From an uncultured Verrucomicrobiae bacterium (GTDB lineage Bacteria > Chlamydiota > Chlamydiia > Chlamydiales > Rhabdochlamydiaceae), in contig OY970364.1 in the NCBI GenBank assembly GCA_963718565.1, positions 2,080,001 through 2,144,000 of the forward strand: a stretch of DNA of 64,000 nt, in the 5' to 3' direction. The translations under genes were made by a program, and so were the position numbers. A model generated the notes under the pieces. It saw only the letters and a program-made list of their open reading frames with translations. It made no database searches and had not been told where the DNA came from. Within the stretch, counting starts at the first letter, position 1, and each line of letters starts with the position of its first letter. Shown here in pieces: positions 9,129-17,099 of this stretch.

Positions 9129-12100
9129 TTAGATAGTAAGAACTCCTTTTGTTGCGATGAATTCTCTCCAGGAAAGAACAGGGAGTTTCTCAAATGCCAA
9201 TTCTGCTAAGCATTGTAGGAAAACTTGCGCGATTTGCAGGTTGGTGATGAGCGGAATGTGATGGTCGATACTCAATCGCCGAATAGTGAACCCATCTGTT
9301 TTATGGTTTGTGCCCAGTCCGCGTGGAATGTTGACGATGAGATCGATCTTATGATTGGCAATAAGCGTTGTGACATTGGGTTCGATCTTTTCACTGGTTT
9401 TATAGGCGCATCGGGAAGCAATGCCGTGCTGACATAAAAAATCGTTTGTGCCTTCAGTTGCATAGATCTCCCAGCCTTGGCTTTCGAGGATTTGCAGTTG
9501 TTCCAACAGCTTAATTTTTTTATCTCCTCCGATGCTGACTAAGATACGCTTGCGCTGAATAGATTGTTCTGTCGACAGCCAAGATAGGAAAAAAGCTTCC
9601 AATAAATCATGGCCAAGACAAGCGACCTCGCCTGTTGAGGCCATTTCCACATGGGCGACAGGATTAGCGCCTTTCAGTCGATGATAAGAGAATTGCGGTG
9701 TCTTGACCCCGACATAATCAAGTTCGAGAGTTTCATAAGGGGCAGGAGCGAATTTTCCAAGCATGACGCGAGTGGCAATCTCAATAAAATTATGATCTGT
9801 GACTTTGCTCACAAAGGGGAAGGAGCGTGAGGAGCGGACATTACATTCTATCACTTGAATCGCATTGTTTTTAGCGATGAATTGGATATTAAATGGGCCA
9901 GTAATATGGAGGGCTTTGACAATGGCGCGCGTCATTTTTTTCGTGCGTCTAATTGTTTCGAGATAAAGACGCTGCGGGGGAAGGACGATAGTCGCATCTC
10001 CGGAGTGGACGCCGGCATTTTCAATGTGTTCAGTAATCGCTTCAATCACGATCTTTCCTTCCCTAGCGACACCATCGATTTCTAATTCTTTTGCATCGGT
10101 GATGAATTGAGACATGACTACAGGGTGATCTGGAGAAATACGGGCAGCTTCGACTAAAAATCGCTCCAACTCTTCATCGGAAGAGACGATGTTCATCGCC
10201 GCTCCGGAAAGCACATAAGAAGGTCGGATCAGAAGAGGATATCCTTTTTTTTCTGCAAATTTTTTAGCGCTTTGCAAGCTGGTTACAGTTTGCCAAGCAG
10301 GCTGATCGACTCCAAGCTTGCCCAGCAAAGAGGAGAATTTTTGTCGATTTTCCGCGGTATCGATCGATGAGGCAGACGTCCCGAGCAAAGGATAGCCGCG
10401 CTGATGCAAGGGCAGAGCAAGATTGTTGGCGATCTGTCCTCCAACAGATACGATGATTCCTTTAGGACATTCCATATCGGCAATGTCCTGAACGCGCTCT
10501 AGAGTCAATTCCTCAAAATAAAGCCTATCCGATTCATCGTAATCTGTAGAGACGGTTTCCGGATTGGAATTAATGATGATCGTCTCCTCGCCCAAGCTCC
10601 GCAAAGACTTGCAAGTGTTAACGGCGCACCAATCAAATTCCACCGATGAACCGATACAATAAGGGCCTGATCCCAAAACGATGACGGGAGGACGAGCTGA
10701 TGATTGAATGTCGTGTGCAATTCCATGATAGGTGAGATAAAGATAATTTGTTTTGGCGTCGAATTCTCCTGCTAAAGTATCGATCTGTTTCACGTAGGGT
10801 GTAATGCCATGTTTGATGCGAAGATCGCGCACTTTTTGAGCATCGATATTTTTTGTCTTGCCGATTGCTTTGTCCGAAAAGCCAAGCTTCTTAGATTCCA
10901 TTAAAATGGAAGCGTCCAAAGAGGAGCTTTTTAATTTTTTTTCCCATTTAGCAAGATGTTGGAGGTGATAAAGAAACCATTTGTCGATTTGAGATCGCCG
11001 ATGCGCTTCGATGAGGGATCCTCCTTTTTTAAAAAATTGATAGAGGGCAAAGAGACGGCGGTCTGTCGCATGGGAAATTTCATCTTTAAGGTTGGCGATC
11101 GGATGCGGATAATCCGTGAGGCCCGATGCTCCAATGTTCAACATCCGTGCGGCTTTTTGAAGCGCTTCGGGAAAAGACCTGCCGATGGCCATCACTTCGC
11201 CAACGCTTTTCATTTCGGTTCCAATACGTCGATCTGCAGAGCGGAATTTATGAATGTCCCAACGAGGAATTTTGATGACGACGTAATCGAGTGCGGGTTC
11301 AAAAAAAGCCACCGTCTTTTTAGTGACCGTATTTTTAATTTCAGCAAGAGAAAATCCTAGAGCAAGTTTAGCGGCAACAAACGCAAGCGGATAACCTGTC
11401 GCTTTTGAGGCCAGCGCAGAAGATCGGGAAAGGCGTGCGTTCATTTCGATGACGCGGTAATCGCCATTTTTGGGATTTAAAGCGTATTGAATGTTGCATT
11501 CACCGGTAATGCAGAAGTTCCTAGCAGCGCGGATTGCGATTTCTCTTAAACTGTGGTATTCGCGATTGGTGAGAGTTTGAGACGGCGCAACGACAATGCT
11601 TTCTCCAGTATGTATCCCCATCGGATCGAGGTTTTCCATATTGCACACTGTGATAGCGTTATCAAAGGCATCTCGGACAATTTCGTATTCGAGCTCTTTC
11701 CATCCAAAAAGATACTCTTCAATCAAAATTTGCGGGGCGCCGCTTAAAGCTTCGGCTGCGCGCTGCTCCATTTCTTCTGCGTTTTTTATCTTTCCTGAGC
11801 CAAGCCCTCCTAAAGAAAATCCAGAGCGCATCATGATGGGATAACCCATTTTTTTAGCAGCGGCGAGGGCTTCTTTGACACTAGAGACAGCAATGCTCTT
11901 AGGAGATTTAATTCCAATCGAGGCCAAACTCTTTTTAAAAAGATCTCGGTCTTCTGTAAGGCGAATGGCCGAGACAGGCGTCCCGAGAACAGCGACATTG
12001 AATCTTTTAAAAACCCCAGCTTCGTCGAGCTTCATCCCGAGATTTAAAGCCGTCTGTCCGCCAAATCCGAGCAGGATGCCCTCAGGTCTTTCTTTTTCGA

Positions 12101-12356
12101 TGATTTTTGTCACAATACTCGGATTCAGAGGACAAAGATAAACTTCGTCAGCCATGTCTGCATCGGTTTGCACCGTGGCAATATTAGGGTTAATGAGAAC
12201 TGTCCGTATTTTTTCTTCTTTGATTGCCTTGATTGCTTGGGTTCCCGAATAATCGAATTCTCCAGCTTGTCCAATGCGTAGGCCCCCAGAGCCGAGGATG
12301 AGGACTTTTTCCCCTTGGAAGCGTTTAGGTTTCTTGGAATGCTTTGTTCTCGCCAT
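9129..12356 (-). CDS. carB: Carbamoyl-phosphate synthase large subunit
   Basis: IGQAGEFDYSG, two ATP-grasp halves, IGSSVEFDWC, C-terminal MGS domain. Confidence 0.98.
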   Translation of the reverse strand: MARTKHSKKPKRFQGEKVLILGSGGLRIGQAGEFDYSGTQAIKAIKEEKIRTVLINPNIATVQTDADMADEVYLCPLNPSIVTKIIEKERPEGILLGFGGQTALNLGMKLDEAGVFKRFNVAVLGTPVSAIRLTEDRDLFKKSLASIGIKSPKSIAVSSVKEALAAAKKMGYPIMMRSGFSLGGLGSGKIKNAEEMEQRAAEALSGAPQILIEEYLFGWKELEYEIVRDAFDNAITVCNMENLDPMGIHTGESIVVAPSQTLTNREYHSLREIAIRAARNFCITGECNIQYALNPKNGDYRVIEMNARLSRSSALASKATGYPLAFVAAKLALGFSLAEIKNTVTKKTVAFFEPALDYVVIKIPRWDIHKFRSADRRIGTEMKSVGEVMAIGRSFPEALQKAARMLNIGASGLTDYPHPIANLKDEISHATDRRLFALYQFFKKGGSLIEAHRRSQIDKWFLYHLQHLAKWEKKLKSSSLDASILMESKKLGFSDKAIGKTKNIDAQKVRDLRIKHGITPYVKQIDTLAGEFDAKTNYLYLTYHGIAHDIQSSARPPVIVLGSGPYCIGSSVEFDWCAVNTCKSLRSLGEETIIINSNPETVSTDYDESDRLYFEELTLERVQDIADMECPKGIIVSVGGQIANNLALPLHQRGYPLLGTSASSIDTAENRQKFSSLLGKLGVDQPAWQTVTSLQSAKKFAEKKGYPLLIRPSYVLSGAAMNIVSSDEELERFLVEAARISPDHPVVMSQFITDAKELEIDGVAREGKIVIEAITEHIENAGVHSGDATIVLPPQRLYLETIRRTKKMTRAIVKALHITGPFNIQFIAKNNAIQVIECNVRSSRSFPFVSKVTDHNFIEIATRVMLGKFAPAPYETLELDYVGVKTPQFSYHRLKGANPVAHVEMASTGEVACLGHDLLEAFFLSWLSTEQSIQRKRILVSIGGDKKIKLLEQLQILESQGWEIYATEGTNDFLCQHGIASRCAYKTSEKIEPNVTTLIANHKIDLIVNIPRGLGTNHKTDGFTIRRLSIDHHIPLITNLQIAQVFLQCLAELAFEKLPVLSWREFIATKGVLTI

Positions 12357-12362
12357 ATTGAT

Positions 12363-13430
12363 TTACAACGATTTGTAAAATTTTTCGAAGAGCCACAGAT
12401 TATCGACCGGACCAGGAGAGGCCTCTGGGTGGAATTGCACTGCAAAAAAAGGCAGGGACCGATGAGCAATCCCTTCTATTGAAGAATCGTTGAGATTGCG
12501 AAAGGTAACATCCCATCCCTTTGGGAGCGTTTTTTCATCAATGGCATAACCGTGATTTTGCGAGGTCAAAAAGCAGCGGCCTGTCTCGAGATGCTCGCAC
12601 GGCTGGTTTTGTCCTCGATGTCCATAAGGGAGTTTGAAAGTCTTGGCACCGATACTCAAAGCTAGCAGCTGTGCACCCAAACAGATCCCGAAAACAGGTT
12701 TTTTCCTTTTGAGCGCTTTTTGAAGAATGGCAACCGTTTCTTTGCAGACAATCGGATCCCCTGGGCCATTGGAGATAAAAATGCCGTCAAATTTTTCTTC
12801 ACAATAATCATAGTCGAAAGGCACCCGTTTGATCTTTATGGGGAATTGCAATAGCGAACGGATGATATTTTCTTTCATTCCGCAGTCTACGGCGATGATC
12901 TGCTTTTTCCCCTGCCCATACTCGCGCACTCCTTTCATGCTAACACTCGAGACAAGATTTGTTGTGTTTGGGTCGGGAAAATGATCTGGAATCTTTCCGC
13001 TCTGGATGATTGCGCCCAAGGAGACACCTTGAATGCGCAAGGATTTGGTCAACGCCCGCGTGTCCACTTTGCAGATAAAAGGGAGTTGTTGTTCGCGCAG
13101 CCATCCTTCAAGAGATTGCACGGCCTGATAATGATCGCAAAATGGGCTGATTTCACTTAAGACAACAGCGCGCACATGCGGTGCAGATGATTCCCACCAT
13201 TGTTTGTCAGGAAACCCATAATTTCCGATCAAAGGAAATGTAAAAGTGAGAATTTGACCTGCATAAGAAGGATCAGTCAGAGATTCAACGTAACCCGTCA
13301 TCCCCGTCGTAAAGACGACTTCACCAAAGGTATCTTCTTTGCACCACTCCGGAGACGCCCCTTCATAAATTTCGCCATTTTGAAGAACGAGCTTAGCCGG
13401 CGTCAGCTTGATTTGGCTGAGTAGTTCCAT
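12363..13430 (-). CDS. carA: Carbamoyl-phosphate synthase small subunit
   Basis: GEVVFTTGMTGY, SNGPGDP, GICLG, QFHPE. Confidence 0.98.
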   Translation of the reverse strand: MELLSQIKLTPAKLVLQNGEIYEGASPEWCKEDTFGEVVFTTGMTGYVESLTDPSYAGQILTFTFPLIGNYGFPDKQWWESSAPHVRAVVLSEISPFCDHYQAVQSLEGWLREQQLPFICKVDTRALTKSLRIQGVSLGAIIQSGKIPDHFPDPNTTNLVSSVSMKGVREYGQGKKQIIAVDCGMKENIIRSLLQFPIKIKRVPFDYDYCEEKFDGIFISNGPGDPIVCKETVAILQKALKRKKPVFGICLGAQLLALSIGAKTFKLPYGHRGQNQPCEHLETGRCFLTSQNHGYAIDEKTLPKGWDVTFRNLNDSSIEGIAHRSLPFFAVQFHPEASPGPVDNLWLFEKFYKSL

Positions 13431-13451
13431 TACCTTTCCAGGAAAAGTGTC

Positions 13452-13694
13452 TATACTGCGCCCAGTCTAAAAATGTGAATTTAGGGGGCCATTATAACAG
13501 CCCATCTTTGAACGATCCTCCCGGTTCGCTTCGCTCACCTGCTTCCCTTCGCAAATGTCCACCGGACATTTGCGAAGTATCCGCAGCCTCGGAGGTATTA
13601 ATTAATACCTCCTCGTCACGAACGCTTTGCTTCGTTCAAACCTGGACTGTTCTAAGACCCCCTAAATTCAGATTTTTAGGCTGGACGCAGTATA
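13452..13694. mobile_element. MITE-like element family D upstream of carA
   Basis: ~60-bp imperfect TIR TATACTGCGCCCAGTCTAAAAATGTGAATTTAGGGGG / CCCCTAAATTCAGATTTTTAGGCTGGACGCAGTATA; internal palindromes; extra end to 13724; partial copy 48736-48799. Confidence 0.85.
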
Positions 13695-13815
13695 TTTTTG
13701 TTTTTTTAGACTGGGCACAGTATAGCAAAAAAGTTTGAAAAAACAAGTGGAATTGATGAGTAGCTCAAAGCTTTCATGAGCCGAGCCCTCTCTCTATACT
13801 CCATATCTTAAGACT

Positions 13816-14769
13816 CTAAAACGCACGCCACTGCTTTGCGCGAGCGAGGGTTTGTTTTGAAGGATCAAAACGCGCGACTTGTGTATACCTCATCTCATCA
13901 ACCCACACAGGGCCAATATAATCGAACAAGTATTTCTTGAGTTCAGAGGCAGGGTAGCTTGCTCCTGACCAAGGATCGCAAATGGCGGCATTAGGCCCTA
14001 AATTTTTATAATTTAATGGATCGCCCATTTCACAATCGACAATTAAAAGAACATGATTGCCATTAATAATTTTAACCCTTATGACGTTTTTGTCTTGGAA
14101 AAGGCCTACTAGAGAAAGCTCACCGCAATTCCCTGTTTTATATTTAAGAGTTTTTTCTAGCAGTTCTTTTGGATCAAGAAGAGCTAATCTGTTTCTGACC
14201 AAACGTAAAGTTTTATGAAGAGTATCGACGTGATTGTTGTTATAATAACCCGTAGAGAAAATTGGAGATCTTTGTAATAAATTCACAGAGAAGGGAGCTA
14301 CATCTTTCACGTGATTAATAATTTCTCTCGCAGTTTTTAGATTAGCCCGTAGCTCTTCACTTGCATCTTTTGGAATGGAATGAGGGTCCAAATTTCCAGT
14401 CAAAATTGTTGCGAACTCTGGTGGAGATGAATCGTCTGAATAGAGAAGAATTTTCTTTGTGGATGCTGTGAAATAGAGATGATCATCATCTTTATCTGGA
14501 TAATTGGAGGGTTGACATTTTTCCATTTTTTCTAACTCCAATATTGCCTTTGAGTTTGGCGAGGGCATTGATCCTCTTTCCTTGTCTTCATTTCCGCGGT
14601 TATTTTTTTCTAATTTGGCTTTTTTTTTGCTTTGTCCAGAAGAGGGAGCCATCTCAAAATAACATCGTTTGTGTAGCGGTGAATACGGAGGCGGAAGAGG
14701 ACTATTTGTATTTTCAGTATAATCAGAATAGTTTGTAAATTGTTTTTCGAATGTTTTGTTTATAGACAT
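13816..14769 (-). CDS. Putative secreted Cys-His-Asp hydrolase (HopX/AvrPphE-like), hypothetical
   Basis: TGNCGEL...NHVLLIV...ICDPW; low-complexity N-terminus with PPPY. Confidence 0.6.
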   Translation of the reverse strand: MSINKTFEKQFTNYSDYTENTNSPLPPPYSPLHKRCYFEMAPSSGQSKKKAKLEKNNRGNEDKERGSMPSPNSKAILELEKMEKCQPSNYPDKDDDHLYFTASTKKILLYSDDSSPPEFATILTGNLDPHSIPKDASEELRANLKTAREIINHVKDVAPFSVNLLQRSPIFSTGYYNNNHVDTLHKTLRLVRNRLALLDPKELLEKTLKYKTGNCGELSLVGLFQDKNVIRVKIINGNHVLLIVDCEMGDPLNYKNLGPNAAICDPWSGASYPASELKKYLFDYIGPVWVDEMRYTQVARFDPSKQTLARAKQWRAF

Positions 14770-14969
14770 AATATTAATACCTAGTTGTTTTTAATTTACT
14801 TATTAACAATATTAATATATTTATAATTAATTTTAAATTAATTTTGTTAAATTTGTAAAAAATATCCTAAACTAAGGGAAAATATAATAGTGATCTATGT
14901 TGACAAACCGTTTAAGTCTGGCAGCTAGCCATTGAAAATAAGTGGGTTAGGTAAATAGGGGCCAAGATT

Positions 14970-15182
14970 GTACGTACTCAAAAACCTGTGGCAAGCACTG
15001 AATGTCATTTGGATCCATGCCAGGCTTTGCATTTGACTGGTAGCACGTACATTAACTTCCTTGAAGACTCTGGCAAAAGTTGAAGATCATTTCGATCCGT
15101 GCCCAACCAAGATCGATAAGTGGTAAGTTTGGCATGGATCAAAATGGTCTTCAACTTTTGCCATGAGTTTTTAAGGACGTAC
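14970..15182. mobile_element. MITE-like element family B (compact copy)
   Basis: Imperfect TIR GTACGTACTCAAAAAC...GTTTTTAAGGACGTAC; inverted match to 6523-7023; partial copy ~47190-47240. Confidence 0.8.
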
Positions 15183-15225
15183 TGTGTTAATTTACAATTT
15201 TAAACCCTAAGTAAATGTGAGACGT

Positions 15226-15378
15226 ATGATTAGAAAACTTCCTAGCGGCGAATATCGGCTCTATTCCCGTTCAAAAAATTCCAGAGCTGGCAAACGCAGA
15301 AATCTTGGCACTTTTCCCACGCGTGAAGCAGCCATGCAGCATGAAAGAGAAATTCACTTCTTCAAACGTCGCGGATAA
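15226..15378 (+). CDS. Small basic hypothetical protein (50 aa, below ORF-track cutoff)
   Basis: Hand translation MIRKLPSGEYRLYSRSKNSRAGKRRNLGTFPTREAAMQHEREIHFFKRRG*; resembles a widespread small hypothetical family. Confidence 0.7.
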   Translation: MIRKLPSGEYRLYSRSKNSRAGKRRNLGTFPTREAAMQHEREIHFFKRRG

Positions 15379-15460
15379 AATTTCTCAATTCCAAAGCCCC
15401 GAATAAATCAGACGACATGGCTGTCGGACGGGAGTCCCGCCATAGATGGCAAGCCAAGAC

Positions 15461-15501
15461 TTGAACTGATTTCGTGAGCGAAGCGAGGGAAATCAGTTCA
15501 A
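15461..15501. repeat. REP-like hairpin / possible bidirectional terminator between convergent genes
   Basis: TTGAACTGATTTC-GTGAGCGAAGCGAGG-GAAATCAGTTCAA, 13-bp stem. Confidence 0.6.
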
Positions 15502-15509
15502 ACTCTAGA

Positions 15510-16919
15510 TCAGGGTTTGACTTTATGCCCAGTATAGTTGCTCAAGCCATCATATCCCGCATATTTGTACAGTTCGTGGAGTGTGGGAAAATTAAAGACT
15601 TGGCCGATCAGATCGTTGAGATTTTTCTTGTCCTCAACAAGCAGCACGCCATAATGGATCAGTTCTGTGGCCAGGTGGCCGATGATGTGCACTCCTAAAA
15701 TGCGCAGTTCATCGCGTGAGAAGATAAGCTTTAAAAAACCGGATTTAGCGCCGAGGATTTTGCCGCGCGGCATATCGCCATAGCGCGCTTTGCCAACGCA
15801 AAAGCTCAAGTTTCTTTTGACAGCCTCTTCCTCGGTGATTCCCACCATGGAAACTTCAGGCACGGTGTAAATCCCATAAGGAAAGTGGGAAGGAAGATGT
15901 TCGAGGTCCTGCGTTTGAAAAATATGGGCGACGGCAACCCGCCCTTGATCCATGCTTGTGCTGGCAAGCGCGGGAAAGCCGATCACATCGCCAACGGCGA
16001 AGATATGTGGGACATTGGTGCGGTATTGAGAGTCGACAAATAGCTGCTCGCGAGAACCTAGTTTCAGACCGATTTTTTCGCATTGCAGCTCTTGAGTATT
16101 GCCGCTTCTGCCTGCAGCGAACAGGAACATGTCTACAGACAGGACTTCACCGCTTTTCAATCGGACTTGGATCATTTCATTGTCTGAGGAAGCCGGTTGG
16201 ATTTTCTCGACCAATTTATTAAAAAGAATTTCGACGTTGGCTGCTTGCATTTGAGCGACAAGTTCCGTAGAGATTTCGTGATCGACAAACGGAAGAATAT
16301 GTTCCTTGTCATTGACAAGGTAAACTTTTGTCCCCATCGTCGCAAAAATCGTGGCATATTCACATCCGATAACCCCTGCTCCGACAATGCACATCGACGA
16401 CGGAAAGCGGTAGATTTGTAAAACCGTATCGGAATCGTGAATGCGTTTTCCATCGAAAGGGATATTTGGAGGATGAAAGGGATAAGAGCCTGTTGCGATG
16501 ATAATATGATCGCCCCAAATCAGTTCTTTTTCCTTTCCTCTTTTCACCCTAATTGTATGAAGATCCTCGAAGCTGGCAGTGCCATGAAGAATGGTGACGC
16601 CGTGGCGCATCAGGTTTTCATAGATTTCTTGGGCAGCCGACGCGCTGACAAAGTTTTTACGGTACATGAAATCTTCGACGGAAGCTTCGTGCTGCAAATC
16701 GCGTTCAACGCCGTAGACGCCTTTTTCGAATTTGCCTGATAAGAACAGGGCGGTTTCTTTTAAAGTTTTAGAGGGAAGGGTCCCGGTAACGACTTCTGCT
16801 CCTCCATACACTCCTTCTTTTTCAATGATAGCGACTTTATAGCCGAAATAAGCTGTTTTCACAGCCGCTTTTTCCCCCGCAGGCCCAGTGCCGATAACAA
16901 TGAGATCAAATTTTTGCAT
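15510..16919 (-). CDS. sthA: Soluble pyridine nucleotide transhydrogenase
   Basis: IGTGPAG, GTLPSKTL without CxxxxC disulfide, GAGVIGCEYA, GFPALASTSMDQGR, VFNFPTL. Confidence 0.9.
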   Translation of the reverse strand: MQKFDLIVIGTGPAGEKAAVKTAYFGYKVAIIEKEGVYGGAEVVTGTLPSKTLKETALFLSGKFEKGVYGVERDLQHEASVEDFMYRKNFVSASAAQEIYENLMRHGVTILHGTASFEDLHTIRVKRGKEKELIWGDHIIIATGSYPFHPPNIPFDGKRIHDSDTVLQIYRFPSSMCIVGAGVIGCEYATIFATMGTKVYLVNDKEHILPFVDHEISTELVAQMQAANVEILFNKLVEKIQPASSDNEMIQVRLKSGEVLSVDMFLFAAGRSGNTQELQCEKIGLKLGSREQLFVDSQYRTNVPHIFAVGDVIGFPALASTSMDQGRVAVAHIFQTQDLEHLPSHFPYGIYTVPEVSMVGITEEEAVKRNLSFCVGKARYGDMPRGKILGAKSGFLKLIFSRDELRILGVHIIGHLATELIHYGVLLVEDKKNLNDLIGQVFNFPTLHELYKYAGYDGLSNYTGHKVKP

Positions 16920-17099
16920 TGAATACTACCCAACATAAATCTCTTCTGTTAAAAATTGCATTGAGGACTGCAGTCTCTAACAGAGCTTAGCCCAAAGAAA
17001 ACCCTTAGAGGGAATTGCAAAACCCGTCTTCTCAGGGCGAAAATCTTGTTAATGGCATAAACAAAATAAGAATGCAACTTTTCTAACCCGAGTTTAAGA

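Noticed and set aside
6523..15182. Repeated palindromes as a possible CRISPR array
   Set aside because: Copies are dispersed, with no regular repeat-spacer periodicity and no cas genes in the window
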